Virus record (IMG/VR): IMGVR_UViG_3300033144_003548
Length of the DNA: 64,000 nt
Direction: 5' to 3' (one strand)
Source of the DNA: a virus
Shown: positions 24,353-34,409 of the stretch, one piece after another
Layout: every line of letters starts with the position of its first letter
Numbering within the stretch: the stretch's first letter is position 1
The notes under the pieces: model-generated
Databases searched by the model: none
What the model was told of the DNA's origin: nothing
The model's input: only the letters and a program-made list of their open reading frames with translations
Program-made: the position numbers and the translations under genes

Positions 24353-25397
24353 CTAGTGTATATCCTCCTATTGGATTCCAATTAGCTTTGTAAATAGGTG
24401 AACCAAATGTATATTCTCTAGTTAAGTTCATATCAGTTAAACCATCTTTTTGAACCACAACTACATATCCATTTGTTTGTGGTTTAGAATAAAACCCCTG
24501 GACTGCATAATCAGGAACGTAACACAAACAGCCAGTCTCCATAATTTTACAATGACCACCTCTATAAGTCGAACCGAGCATATGAGTATGAGATTGAATT
24601 ATGCAATGATAATTCTTTAAATCCAATACCTCTTTCCACTCTTGGATTAGTTGATAAACATTGACTGCTGCCTTCAAATCAACCTTAGAAAAAGTTTCTG
24701 CGTGTGTAAAGATTGTATCGTTTATTTGCAAAATGGGGGTCTTACAAACTACCACTCTTTCGAAAGGTTTTGCCAACTTACTCATCAAGTCACCATCCAT
24801 CAAGAATAGCAAAGAAGGGTGGAGTTTCTTCATCAACTCCTTAGCAATACGTTTCTGATGATTCCCCGCAAGTACTAACGTAAGAGGAAACGTCTCATTC
24901 ATAAACTCAAAATATCTTAGAACATAATCAATTTCTAGCTCCAAAGGAACACTTAGATTCTTATTAAACCTAGATATTGAATAGCAATCTGCCACCTCTA
25001 CCGTAACTGCTAAGTCTGCTGACCGATTTCTGTTTACCGCAGTCTGAATTTGGTCATCTACCTGAAATGGAATATGCAAGTCACCCAGGTGCAGTATTTT
25101 CAAACGCTCTTTTAGCAATTCAACATACGGACCTTCAAACTCGAAAATCTTTGGAACTTCCTCACCTTTGATTATTTCTTCATACTTCGAAAAGTATGGC
25201 ATTTCTGGACGAGGTTTATCAATTAAAGCTGTCTGTTCTTCTAATCTATTTAACTTATTGTGAACAGCATCCCTCGTAAAAATTTCATTAAATTCATCGC
25301 TCATCAACTTAGCGATTTGGTTTTCGCTGTACTCTTCTGGATCATTAGCCAGTTCTGATAAGCGATTTACTTTCTCTGGTGTCCAATCTATACTCAT
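24345..25397 (-). CDS. metallophosphoesterase with N-terminal HTH-like segment
   Basis: GDLHIP, GNHQ, THA, SHTH, ETGCLC. Confidence 0.8.
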   Translation of the reverse strand: MSIDWTPEKVNRLSELANDPEEYSENQIAKLMSDEFNEIFTRDAVHNKLNRLEEQTALIDKPRPEMPYFSKYEEIIKGEEVPKIFEFEGPYVELLKERLKILHLGDLHIPFQVDDQIQTAVNRNRSADLAVTVEVADCYSISRFNKNLSVPLELEIDYVLRYFEFMNETFPLTLVLAGNHQKRIAKELMKKLHPSLLFLMDGDLMSKLAKPFERVVVCKTPILQINDTIFTHAETFSKVDLKAAVNVYQLIQEWKEVLDLKNYHCIIQSHTHMLGSTYRGGHCKIMETGCLCYVPDYAVQGFYSKPQTNGYVVVVQKDGLTDMNLTREYTFGSPIYKANWNPIGGYTLDV

Positions 25398-25909
25398 ATA
25401 AACTCCTTCAATATTTCTAACGAATTGTCTACTTGAGTTTCATCAATGAACAGAATACGCCAACCATAATCCGAAAAGTAAGCCGACCTTTCTGCTTTCC
25501 AAGTATCCAAATCTCTACTACCTAAATTCTTAAAATACCTATAATAAATATCAATAGCAATCTGCTCGCTGCTATGAATAAAGTCAGGATTCTTAGTTCC
25601 TAACATAAATGAGCCATCCCCAACAAAGACAAACGGTAAGTTATTGTCTGTAATTATTTTCTGGAGTTTACTTTCTAAAGAGGTAGGTATCCTTCTGTGC
25701 AGAATCTTCCTAATACGCTCTTTGGTAAAAACCTCTCCCTTATGAGAATCACTCATTTTCTTCCTAGTCGCATCACTCCAACTCTTACCAGTATTCCAGG
25801 GTAAAGTTCCTTTCTTAGACTCGCTAATCTTTTGCTTACTCTCCTCAGAATGATGTTTACCTAGAAAATTTTTATGCTTGTTCGTTCTTAGATATACTCC
25901 CTTCGGCAT
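25394..25909 (-). CDS. NUMOD3-containing putative homing endonuclease
   Basis: GKHHSEESKQKISES, PWNTGK, KKMSDSHKG; C-terminal PT.LE...PDF nuclease-like domain. Confidence 0.75.
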   Translation of the reverse strand: MPKGVYLRTNKHKNFLGKHHSEESKQKISESKKGTLPWNTGKSWSDATRKKMSDSHKGEVFTKERIRKILHRRIPTSLESKLQKIITDNNLPFVFVGDGSFMLGTKNPDFIHSSEQIAIDIYYRYFKNLGSRDLDTWKAERSAYFSDYGWRILFIDETQVDNSLEILKEFI

Positions 25910-26111
25910 TTTCTCTGTGTTTATAAACTCTATTTGTTTGCCTTGGGCACTTTCTCCACATCTCAGGATTTATAGCCCGACATTTTTTTGACATACGATT
26001 ATCGCAGGGTTTCAAATTAGCATTAAAACAATTAACTGCTACCCTAGTATAGTAGTCAGGAATTTCTTCCTCTGTAAATAAGTTATAGAATCTATTTGAT
26101 TTCAAGTACAA
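25872..26111 (-). CDS. hypothetical protein (possibly interrupted)
   Basis: TTG-start ORF; in-frame upstream ATG separated by a TAA. Confidence 0.35.
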   Translation of the reverse strand: MYLKSNRFYNLFTEEEIPDYYTRVAVNCFNANLKPCDNRMSKKCRAINPEMWRKCPRQTNRVYKHRENAEGSISKNEQA

Positions 26112-26149
26112 TCCACCGTCAATCGCAAACTTTTAGATCGAAGAAACTC

Positions 26150-26797
26150 TCATAATCTAGCTACCATCCTTCCTACTTCCCATTGATGGTCATATAGATG
26201 AAGTCCTTTGCTTACTGCAATCAATTCCCCATCCTCAACACCAATGTCCTTAGCCATCATTTCTTTCATAAGTTGGATCGCTGCCAAATTAGCGGGGAAT
26301 CCTCCCCACAAATCCCAAGAACGGAAATAAACTACATAGTGCAACTTCCCGTATCTTACCCTAGTATCTACCAACTTTAAGCAGGGTGGGTCTGGTAAGT
26401 AAATAGAATTCTGATCACCAATAGTCATTGTTGCTTGGTTGGTGTTAAAACCATCTTCTTGATACATTTTACATATTTCAAAGAATTGAGGTTCAACATA
26501 CTCACCATACGTATACTGTTCGTTTGGTTTTTTAGTATTAACCATCAAGTAAGACATATACTCCTTTTCAATATAGTCCATTGAAGTTGGGGCGGGGATT
26601 CCTTCTGGTGTTGTTGGAACAAGTGGTCTTGTTCCAGGATGCTTTATTTGGCATACTATGAGATCAAACTCTTTTCTCTTGCCACCAGCGTGACTCCCTC
26701 TGTCTATCGTATATTCATAGCCGTGCTCAAGAACTTCCTTAATGCACCGCCACCACGCCTCATCTAGATCTCTTACCTCTAGAACGGTTATTTCCAC
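26150..26797 (-). CDS. thyA: thymidylate synthase (short type)
   Basis: YTYG, PPCL, FRSWDLWGGFPAN, GLHLY. Confidence 0.88.
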   Translation of the reverse strand: MEITVLEVRDLDEAWWRCIKEVLEHGYEYTIDRGSHAGGKRKEFDLIVCQIKHPGTRPLVPTTPEGIPAPTSMDYIEKEYMSYLMVNTKKPNEQYTYGEYVEPQFFEICKMYQEDGFNTNQATMTIGDQNSIYLPDPPCLKLVDTRVRYGKLHYVVYFRSWDLWGGFPANLAAIQLMKEMMAKDIGVEDGELIAVSKGLHLYDHQWEVGRMVARL

Positions 26798-26892
26798 GTT
26801 TTCGCTCTCTCCTCGCTTCCTTTAATTTCCAGCCATCTTTGGAAACTCTTCTTAGTTCCCTATCTAACCCAGGGATTTCGTAACCATATTCA

Positions 26893-27342
26893 TCAATTAG
26901 ACTTGCCCTTTTTAGACTTCGCCTGCTCATTTTTTAACTCTTGCAACTCCAAATAAACGTTCTCCATTTGTCGTATGATTTCTTTCATAGTCGAAAATGG
27001 AATCACAACAAACTTGCTCATTCCGTTTTCTGCTGTGAATTTAAATTTCATTGCCCAGGCTGGAAGAAGATCAGCAGCCTTAGTTTGAGCAATATGTTTA
27101 TCGAACCACTCACGGTGAATGGTCATATACTTCTGGTTTTCTTTACTGCTTGTACCATAACCGTGCTTACACTCGATAGAAATTATATCCCTCATCCAAG
27201 GAAAATTCCACTGAACATCCCCCACAAGAACGGCGTGCCCAGTTATAGTACCTACCGCTCCAGATTTATATAATCGCTTACCATACTCACCACCAAGAGC
27301 TTCTGTCTCTTTCTCAAAGGCATATCCTTTACGCTTTCCCAT
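26893..27342 (-). CDS. Holliday junction resolvase (Hjc-like)
   Basis: KRKGYAFEKE, SGA, GDV, IECK. Confidence 0.7.
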   Translation of the reverse strand: MGKRKGYAFEKETEALGGEYGKRLYKSGAVGTITGHAVLVGDVQWNFPWMRDIISIECKHGYGTSSKENQKYMTIHREWFDKHIAQTKAADLLPAWAMKFKFTAENGMSKFVVIPFSTMKEIIRQMENVYLELQELKNEQAKSKKGKSN

Positions 27343-28927
27343 AATTCTCGTCAAACTCCTTTACCTTTTGCATCACACTTTGTTCTGTAACCTCATCACC
27401 TGTAATGAAGCTCTCAAAATCGTTCACGTCATCAGATGGTGGTGGTTCAGCTTCCGTAAATTTCAAAATATCTTCGTGGAAATTAAGTTTAATCGCTTCG
27501 GTAGTTGGACCTGATCTGTGCTTATCTATTCTATACCAAGCTTCCCTTCTCTCAGTTATGTTTATCGTGCTCTTACGGTGAAGCAAAATAACCGTGTCCG
27601 CAAAGTTCTCTAAATTTCCACTCTCTTTCAAATCTTCTTTAGTAGGTTCTGCACCTGCTTTATCGCTACGCCTTAGCTGACTAACCAGTATCATAGCGAT
27701 GTTATTATCTTTCGCAAAAGAAGATAGCTTGTCCATTGCGTCATCTATCTCTCTTCTGATGTTATCACCATAGAATCTTAGCTTCTGCAAATAATCTATT
27801 ACCACCACATCAACTGGTTGACTCAGCATATGCCTTCTAATACTACCAAGTATATAATTAGCAGATTGAGATCCTCTATCCTCGATGTATAAACCGTCAG
27901 GATAACTGTTCAAAACAGACACTTGGAAAGCGTGAATCTTTTCTACATCTACCTCACGGATTACGGCTTTCTTCCAATCATCTATAGAAATCCCAGTATT
28001 AGAGCACACAATCCTATCAATATACTCCTCTTTATCAAGCTCTGGAGTATATAAAAGAATCCGCAAACCATTTTGTAGCATTACAGTTATCATATTCCCT
28101 ACAAAAATACTTTTTCCAATGCCTGTTCTAGCAGCAACAATTGTTGTCCTTTTCTTGGCTATGGCACGATACTTATCCAACCAATAAAAGCCAGTTTTAA
28201 TTCCAACATACTTCTCAGGGTGTGCTAATCTGTCTTCGTATCTGACATATGCTTCTGGAAGAAGGCTACCAATACTAACAAGCCCGTGCTTATTTAATGA
28301 AGTATCGGCAACAATAGCCTGTAGTTGAGAAACTGCGTCCACTATTTTGAGATCATTAAACCCAGGTAACGATACCAATTTTCGTGCTTCTTCTTTTATT
28401 TTGGATAGTCTCCACTTCTCCCATACAATGTTTACATAACCCTCTGTAGTTTTTATGTCCGTTGATATTGGAGAAGCAATTATCTGAGTTAGTGCAGGTA
28501 CACCACCAATAAAATCGAGCAAAGTTTGTCCATTATTAAGAATCTTCTTCTCACACGCATCCACCACAAAGTCAAAATTGCAAGTTCCCTGAGTCAACCT
28601 TACGTTAAGAACTACAGGATAAAGAAGTCTACATTTACGCTTCAAAAAGTGCTCTTCACGCAGACCGCTTTGAGCTATGAACTGAGCAGCATCTTCATCC
28701 TGCATAAAAATACCAATAAGGGATTCCTCGGCATTCTCCACAGGAATCTTTACTTCTTCCTCGGTCTCAACAACATCCTGAATTTTTGTTACTTCTGGCG
28801 GAGCACTATCATCTATAACTTCCTCACCACTGGGCATAGGAGGGGTATCCTCTCTCTCTGGTGGTGGACGAAACTCAGAAGCTCCACCTAAAGGATGAAG
28901 TATTTTATTCTCTTTATCTTCTGCCAT
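27329..28927 (-). CDS. dnaB: replicative DNA helicase, DnaB-like
   Basis: AARTGIGKS, VVIDYLQ, VSQLRR, DLKESGNLE.FAD, K.R.GPT. Confidence 0.92.
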   Translation of the reverse strand: MAEDKENKILHPLGGASEFRPPPEREDTPPMPSGEEVIDDSAPPEVTKIQDVVETEEEVKIPVENAEESLIGIFMQDEDAAQFIAQSGLREEHFLKRKCRLLYPVVLNVRLTQGTCNFDFVVDACEKKILNNGQTLLDFIGGVPALTQIIASPISTDIKTTEGYVNIVWEKWRLSKIKEEARKLVSLPGFNDLKIVDAVSQLQAIVADTSLNKHGLVSIGSLLPEAYVRYEDRLAHPEKYVGIKTGFYWLDKYRAIAKKRTTIVAARTGIGKSIFVGNMITVMLQNGLRILLYTPELDKEEYIDRIVCSNTGISIDDWKKAVIREVDVEKIHAFQVSVLNSYPDGLYIEDRGSQSANYILGSIRRHMLSQPVDVVVIDYLQKLRFYGDNIRREIDDAMDKLSSFAKDNNIAMILVSQLRRSDKAGAEPTKEDLKESGNLENFADTVILLHRKSTINITERREAWYRIDKHRSGPTTEAIKLNFHEDILKFTEAEPPPSDDVNDFESFITGDEVTEQSVMQKVKEFDENYGKA

Positions 28928-29909
28928 ATCCCTTCCTCTCTTGTAACCACAGCCATCTGTCAGCATCCATCGCCCCTCTGATACAATTCTCAAAGGACTT
29001 CACGCCATTACTTATAATCAAGGAATCAATATCCATCTTCTCTTGTTTAGAAGTTTTATAAAGAACAGCCACTTTAAGCTGTGGAATTTCTTTCTTTAGC
29101 ATCTTAGCCATTAAATAAGCAGGGGAACGCAACCCCGAAATTTTATCGTTATCGGCAGCTAGAATGACTTCCTTATTCTTAAAAACCTCTGACCACCCAC
29201 TACTCCAACCAAAAATACCAGGAGTGGCAACCACTGGAAATCCGTATTGAATAGCTACAAGAGCCTTAAATTCTCCCTCTGTAATGATAATTGTTCCCTC
29301 TTTTTCTATAATATCGTGATTAAACAAAAAGTTTGCCCCCCTTGCTTCGTGATTGCCAGACAGGCTGATATAAGTAGGTGTATTCTTTTTGTAAGCAAAA
29401 ACTGAGTCTAATATTCTTCCTCTCAAATCTACAACCTCGCCCTGATAAGTATACGGGATAACAATTCTATTCGATAGAATAGGATAACTTTGATAAATCA
29501 CACCAGAATCTTCTGCAACTTTGTTTGTATAATCATCATAAAAATCAGTTCCACAAAAACCTAGTCTGAACCTATCAATCGTTTCCTGTGTTAGCCCTCT
29601 TGTCTTTAAGTAATCAACTGCTTCTGGAAATAAATCAGCGTGATACTTATCAGCAAGACTTGCGTATAACTTCCTGATTTCAGGAATATCAAGCTTTGGT
29701 TCTTCTACCTCCTGAACCTCATACCCCTCTTCGGGTGTTATGATACCCTTAGCAGGACAATGCCAACATCTCCACCTTAATTTTGCTGTATTGAAATTGG
29801 CATCTCGACAACCACAAACGGGACAAACTCCAAGTATTTCATTCTCTTTACGTGAACGAATTTTCAAATCGTCCACAACTTTCATACTTATGTTCACTCT
29901 AGCTTCCAT
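28914..29909 (-). CDS. dnaG: DNA primase (Zn finger plus TOPRIM)
   Basis: CPVCG...CWHC, YLKTRGL...F.LGF, TEGEFKA, ADND, DID. Confidence 0.88.
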   Translation of the reverse strand: MEARVNISMKVVDDLKIRSRKENEILGVCPVCGCRDANFNTAKLRWRCWHCPAKGIITPEEGYEVQEVEEPKLDIPEIRKLYASLADKYHADLFPEAVDYLKTRGLTQETIDRFRLGFCGTDFYDDYTNKVAEDSGVIYQSYPILSNRIVIPYTYQGEVVDLRGRILDSVFAYKKNTPTYISLSGNHEARGANFLFNHDIIEKEGTIIITEGEFKALVAIQYGFPVVATPGIFGWSSGWSEVFKNKEVILAADNDKISGLRSPAYLMAKMLKKEIPQLKVAVLYKTSKQEKMDIDSLIISNGVKSFENCIRGAMDADRWLWLQERKGYGRR

Positions 29910-30417
29910 TCCTTCCCTTTTTCTGACAGCTAGTACAGACGCCAGTAACGTTATCAATCCTTATTTGCTTACCACAGAACCTGCAAGCTGGAGGCTTCTT
30001 GAAGTTAAAAGGATCATACTTTTGGGCATAATCCAATGTAGCTATCTTACCCTTCTTCCTTTTCTTTGGTGGTTCTCTATGCCAAGTGGGATCTTGCTTG
30101 AACCGAGCCAGTTCGGTATTCAAGACAACTCTAGTAAGGTAGGCAAGTGCCTGATACTTGTCTTTACGCTCAAGATCAGGCAATGCCAGCATAGAAATAC
30201 AAGCCTCAAAAACTGTGGGAACATCCGTTAGCTGTATGAGCCTGAGAATCTCGTCTTTACTTACGTGCAAATGCAATAACGCACTAACACATCTTTGTAA
30301 CTTGATGAGTAATTGCTTTTTGCTCTCTTTTGGTAGTGAATTCCAATCTTGATTACCTTCTAACTGCCCCCTCCACCAACGGATTAATTTGTCACTGTCC
30401 TCGATGTTTGCAGTCAT
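29899..30417 (-). CDS. hypothetical protein with C-terminal Zn finger
   Basis: CRFCG...CTSC. Confidence 0.6.
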   Translation of the reverse strand: MTANIEDSDKLIRWWRGQLEGNQDWNSLPKESKKQLLIKLQRCVSALLHLHVSKDEILRLIQLTDVPTVFEACISMLALPDLERKDKYQALAYLTRVVLNTELARFKQDPTWHREPPKKRKKGKIATLDYAQKYDPFNFKKPPACRFCGKQIRIDNVTGVCTSCQKKGRNGS

Positions 30418-31181
30418 TAGTCATCTTTCTTTTTAAATACTGAATAAAAGTCCTCTCCATCCAATATCCTTTGGATATTAGCGACATCCATTGGTTTCAC
30501 AATCTCTTTAATATTGTACAACTTTTCCTGCCAATTTTCACCAAGAATCTCATCCAGATTTAGCTCAGTTGGTGGTTTAGGAACACAAATCGTAGATGTT
30601 TGATCACCACTTCCTCTGGTATCTAATTTGATGTCATAAGAGTTAATGTCACCAAACTCATCCTCAAAAGCGATGAACTGCTCTGCAATTCTAATCCCTT
30701 TCTGGAAAATCTGAATTTTGTTTCTAGGTCCTGATTCTACATCCACCAAGGATGCACCACAATCAGGATTTGAACACTCCTCTGGAAATCCAGCCTTGGT
30801 TTCGTAGTAATCTGCTCCGCAATTTGGACAGGTAACTACGGGAGTTCTATCAAGAACGTTGAATGTGTAAACCTTACGTGAATTCAAAAGATTCTTAGGT
30901 TTCTCTTCCTTCGCTCTCAATTGCTTGTTCCAATCACAAATTGGACATACATCCCTTCCTGGGCAAATAAAAGACATCCCCTTACCTGCGTTTGCATTAG
31001 GGAATGCCACGTGTTTCTTGGGCACAAAATGTGACCAACTTATTACTGGAACTGAATCCAAAATCCTGATTACTGTTGTGTGTTCTGGAGTTAACTTTAT
31101 AAAATCTGATCCTGTCGAAACTCTTTCCCGTTTTTCCCTTGGTTTGGTACTCTCCTTAATCGCTTCACTAAATTCGCTCAT
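30417..31181 (-). CDS. single-stranded DNA-binding protein (gp32-like)
   Basis: FIKL......IRIL, H....C....CPIC, NVLDR; first gene of the replication block. Confidence 0.7.
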   Translation of the reverse strand: MSEFSEAIKESTKPREKRERVSTGSDFIKLTPEHTTVIRILDSVPVISWSHFVPKKHVAFPNANAGKGMSFICPGRDVCPICDWNKQLRAKEEKPKNLLNSRKVYTFNVLDRTPVVTCPNCGADYYETKAGFPEECSNPDCGASLVDVESGPRNKIQIFQKGIRIAEQFIAFEDEFGDINSYDIKLDTRGSGDQTSTICVPKPPTELNLDEILGENWQEKLYNIKEIVKPMDVANIQRILDGEDFYSVFKKKDD

Positions 31182-31201
31182 TTAAAACTCCTTTTTCTTT
31201 T

Positions 31202-31504
31202 ATTGTAGCATACAACGAGGCAATTGTCAAGCCCCACAACTTCTTACTACTTTCATCATTCTACTAATATTATAGCATATTAACAGGCAATTGTCAAGCC
31301 CTTAAAGGACGTAATAGGTATCCATTAAGAACCACCCCTGAAAATTCGGCTACTCTTAAAAATATTCTCGCCCCAAAAAAGCTTCATCTTCAAACTTATA
31401 CTCCATCATAGGAGAAAAATTATCTGCTTGCATTAATTCAAGAAGATTACTTACCTTTCTTATTCCTCTACTGCCATTATACCAATACGAGAGTTGTCAA
31501 GCCC
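31202..31504 (-). promoter_or_regulatory. tandem promoter cluster upstream of the replication genes
   Basis: GGGCTTGACA-17-TACAAT (31202-31230); GGGCTTGACA-17-TATAAT (31269-31297); third copy with 13-nt spacer (31476-31500). Confidence 0.8.
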
Positions 31505-31724
31505 TTTTAGCAAAAAACAACCCAACAATTTAGGCAAAAATCTGTTCTTCCCCAAATGATATTACTTTTCAAATAAAATATAGCACCGAATGCTTCATCC
31601 TCTAGTATTTGGATAAAATTTCTTTGTCGTTGGGTCATAAATATACGCTACAGCAACTTTGTGGGATGTAGAATCTGAAGGGATGGGAACTTCATTTATG
31701 TTATCATCTCTAAACTTCAACATC

Positions 31725-32372
31725 TTAATCAACACTATTTACTTTTTTAATATTTTCCAAAGGAACACCTTTGAACTTCGCAATGTCCGCTATTGAAACA
31801 GTGCTCAATTTAGCAATATGGGCAGGTCCTTCAGGTGGTTCTGGGGGTGCGTATTCGTAATCAATTGAAAGTTCGGCGTAATCACTACCTGAGTCAAAGG
31901 AGTGAAAATCCCTCAATCTCTCACTTGTAGGGTCGTTTTCAAACACTATTGCTAGTGCATTACCACTTGCCCAACCAGCTTGGTCAATAACCTCCTGAAT
32001 AATGTTAGCAATATCAGGACTATAATAAAAATTATTTTCTGTCCAATCTTCGGGGTCCCAAGCCACTGACTGACTACCACGAGTCCTAGTTTTAAGGTCA
32101 TCAAGTGAAGCCCACGTTGCAGGATTCGCTTCAGCAACCCCTTTAATTGTGATGTTAGTAAGACCACTCCTAGTAAGACTTGCCTTAACTTTTATTGTTG
32201 CCGCACTAATTGTTGAACCCTTGGGGATAGTGACATTGACAAATCTAATCCCCGCATACCTAGCATATACCCAAAAACCAAATTGAAGAATATCTGCCGT
32301 AGGGTAGTAGTTAGTTGAGTATCCATACACATCATCTGTTGATTGACCTGGGTATACTTTCACGTTACTCAT
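31725..32372 (-). CDS. tail-associated beta-rich protein
   Basis: GIRF.NV.IP.G.TI..A, SPDI..IIQEV....GWASGN; end of the tail module. Confidence 0.55.
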   Translation of the reverse strand: MSNVKVYPGQSTDDVYGYSTNYYPTADILQFGFWVYARYAGIRFVNVTIPKGSTISAATIKVKASLTRSGLTNITIKGVAEANPATWASLDDLKTRTRGSQSVAWDPEDWTENNFYYSPDIANIIQEVIDQAGWASGNALAIVFENDPTSERLRDFHSFDSGSDYAELSIDYEYAPPEPPEGPAHIAKLSTVSIADIAKFKGVPLENIKKVNSVD

Positions 32373-32373
32373 C

Positions 32374-33258
32374 TTACTTCCTCTCTATAACAGTTGTATC
32401 AGGTTTGAACCAAACAATATTTGCAGCGTGTGCCCAACCTGCTTTAACAACAAACTCTCCAGATACGCTAGGTATACTCTCAGTCAAGTCACCGCTAGTT
32501 GTTGCCAACCAAAGACCACTAGAAGTATCCCAATTCCAATCATCATCCCTAATGAAACCTAATGTTAGCAAAGTTATAGAACCATCTTCAATGCCAGAAG
32601 CTACTACCAACGCCAAATGACCAGCAACTTGTTCTTCCACCGTAGCTATCGTTCTCTTCCACCTACCATCACTTGCATAATAAACGGACTCACCAAATGC
32701 TAATGTTTCACCAGCAATTCCACTACAAACAAGTCCTGAATAGTCATGGTCAGAAGTTAGCTCAGACTCAATATTTATTGTTTTAGCAAATTCGAGACCA
32801 GTTTCTCCTGCATTAACAGTAACAATTTTCTTTGCTGAACCAGTGTAGCTAGAAGGAGTATCGGTCAGTTCGGTAAATTGGTTAACTTCAGATGTGGCTC
32901 CAGAGATTACAACAATTTGCCCTTCCTCTGTTACGCTAACCGTACCTTTTCCTGATATGGTAACAGCACCAATTAGTTCATTTATCGTATCAACATCAGT
33001 CTGACCAGATATTGTAATTACTTGACCAACAACCGAAACAACCACTTCACCCGCACCAGAAATAGTGATTGCACCGAACAAGTCATTCAGAGTATCAACT
33101 CCGACACTCTCACCACCGACAAAGATGCCTCCAGAGGTTGTTCCATCTCCCATATACAACCTTTTAAGGTCTGTAGCCCATACTGGTTCACCCTGTTCAG
33201 GAACAATAACCTCAATTTGAGGACGTGTTCCCCTTCTAAAATATATCTTTGTTGCCAT
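32374..33258 (-). CDS. tail fibre/spike protein
   Basis: N-terminal I.FRRG.....GEP....D...L..GDG motif; VDT.N...G..TISG repeats. Confidence 0.7.
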   Translation of the reverse strand: MATKIYFRRGTRPQIEVIVPEQGEPVWATDLKRLYMGDGTTSGGIFVGGESVGVDTLNDLFGAITISGAGEVVVSVVGQVITISGQTDVDTINELIGAVTISGKGTVSVTEEGQIVVISGATSEVNQFTELTDTPSSYTGSAKKIVTVNAGETGLEFAKTINIESELTSDHDYSGLVCSGIAGETLAFGESVYYASDGRWKRTIATVEEQVAGHLALVVASGIEDGSITLLTLGFIRDDDWNWDTSSGLWLATTSGDLTESIPSVSGEFVVKAGWAHAANIVWFKPDTTVIERK

Positions 33259-33260
33259 CT

Positions 33261-34409
33261 TTATCCACCTCTAATAAAATCCGTCCATATTATGCTAAGT
33301 CCAACACAAGCGGGGTTACTCAACGCATCACCTGTTGGAGTTATAGCCATTAGCTCCAAAGTAACACAATCACCAGGGTCAATCTCTGAGGATGGTATTA
33401 TCACCACATCAGTACAATATGCTACCTGTTCTGTAGTAGACGATGATTCATAAACATCCTCAACGGTTAATATTGACTCCCCTGAGTTAACATTTTCGTT
33501 TACGCCGTTTATAACAAGATACTTTACCTGCCACTTTACACGCTTACCTGAATCATCTGACCCTGTTGAACTCCGTGTCCAATGAATACGCATCGAAATA
33601 TCCTTACCAACAACCCAATTATCTGGTATATGAAATTTATAATAAGCTTTGTCATTGTCAACTGTAAATTCGAGTGCCGAACAAATACCATAAATATCTA
33701 CAGCGGGGGGTGAAGTGGGGTTTTTACCAAGACCATCAGCAGAAACTAGCAAATGCTCAGTAGTTATTTGTGGTGTTCCATCAAGAATGTCGTTCATAGT
33801 AGCAGAACCACCATCAGCCGCAGTCCTGTCTACTTCTACCGCACCAGAATATGTTTCATCAATACCCCCACCATCATAGTAATCAACTGGACGCCACTCC
33901 AAACCAGCCTCATCGTCTCTAATTGTTGGAACTTGGGTATATCTATTCCAATAACTACTTGGGGTATCATTTAAGTCAAGAAATGTTAGTGCTCCAATTA
34001 TAGCAAATAATTCGTGTAAAGCAGCTTCAACATCATCTTTAGTAAAATCTCCCTGTGGGTCGTAAACACCAATCAAACTTGCACCGTAACCACTGGCGGT
34101 AGAACCCAATCCAGATGAAGTGGGAACAACAGCTTCTCCTTCATCCGCTAATTTAACAACACCAAGTTCAGTTGTTGTTGCTACTTTGACCTTGCTTCCC
34201 TCAATTTGGGCATTAGGATTTATGTGACGGTTATAAACCGCTCCGTCAGCAATTGGGTCATCGGGGGAAGATGCAGTACCAGAGATAGTACCAACACCAA
34301 CTTTAGAATAATCAATCTTTCCGTCAGTTACATAAGGAAATTGGCGCTTCTTTATTTCTCTAATAACCCAATCTACTATTTGTTTTGCTTCTTGTCTAGT
34401 AATTGACAT
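33261..34409 (-). CDS. tail fibre-like protein
   Basis: ATTTELGVVKLA, GASLIGV.D....F....VEAAL.EL, FLDL.DTPSSY fibre motifs. Confidence 0.65.
   Translation of the reverse strand: MSITRQEAKQIVDWVIREIKKRQFPYVTDGKIDYSKVGVGTISGTASSPDDPIADGAVYNRHINPNAQIEGSKVKVATTTELGVVKLADEGEAVVPTSSGLGSTASGYGASLIGVYDPQGDFTKDDVEAALHELFAIIGALTFLDLNDTPSSYWNRYTQVPTIRDDEAGLEWRPVDYYDGGGIDETYSGAVEVDRTAADGGSATMNDILDGTPQITTEHLLVSADGLGKNPTSPPAVDIYGICSALEFTVDNDKAYYKFHIPDNWVVGKDISMRIHWTRSSTGSDDSGKRVKWQVKYLVINGVNENVNSGESILTVEDVYESSSTTEQVAYCTDVVIIPSSEIDPGDCVTLELMAITPTGDALSNPACVGLSIIWTDFIRGG

Noticed and set aside
26150-26797. dCMP hydroxymethylase for base modification
   Set aside because: It retains the Asn of the RSxD...PAN motif expected for dUMP-specific thymidylate synthase.
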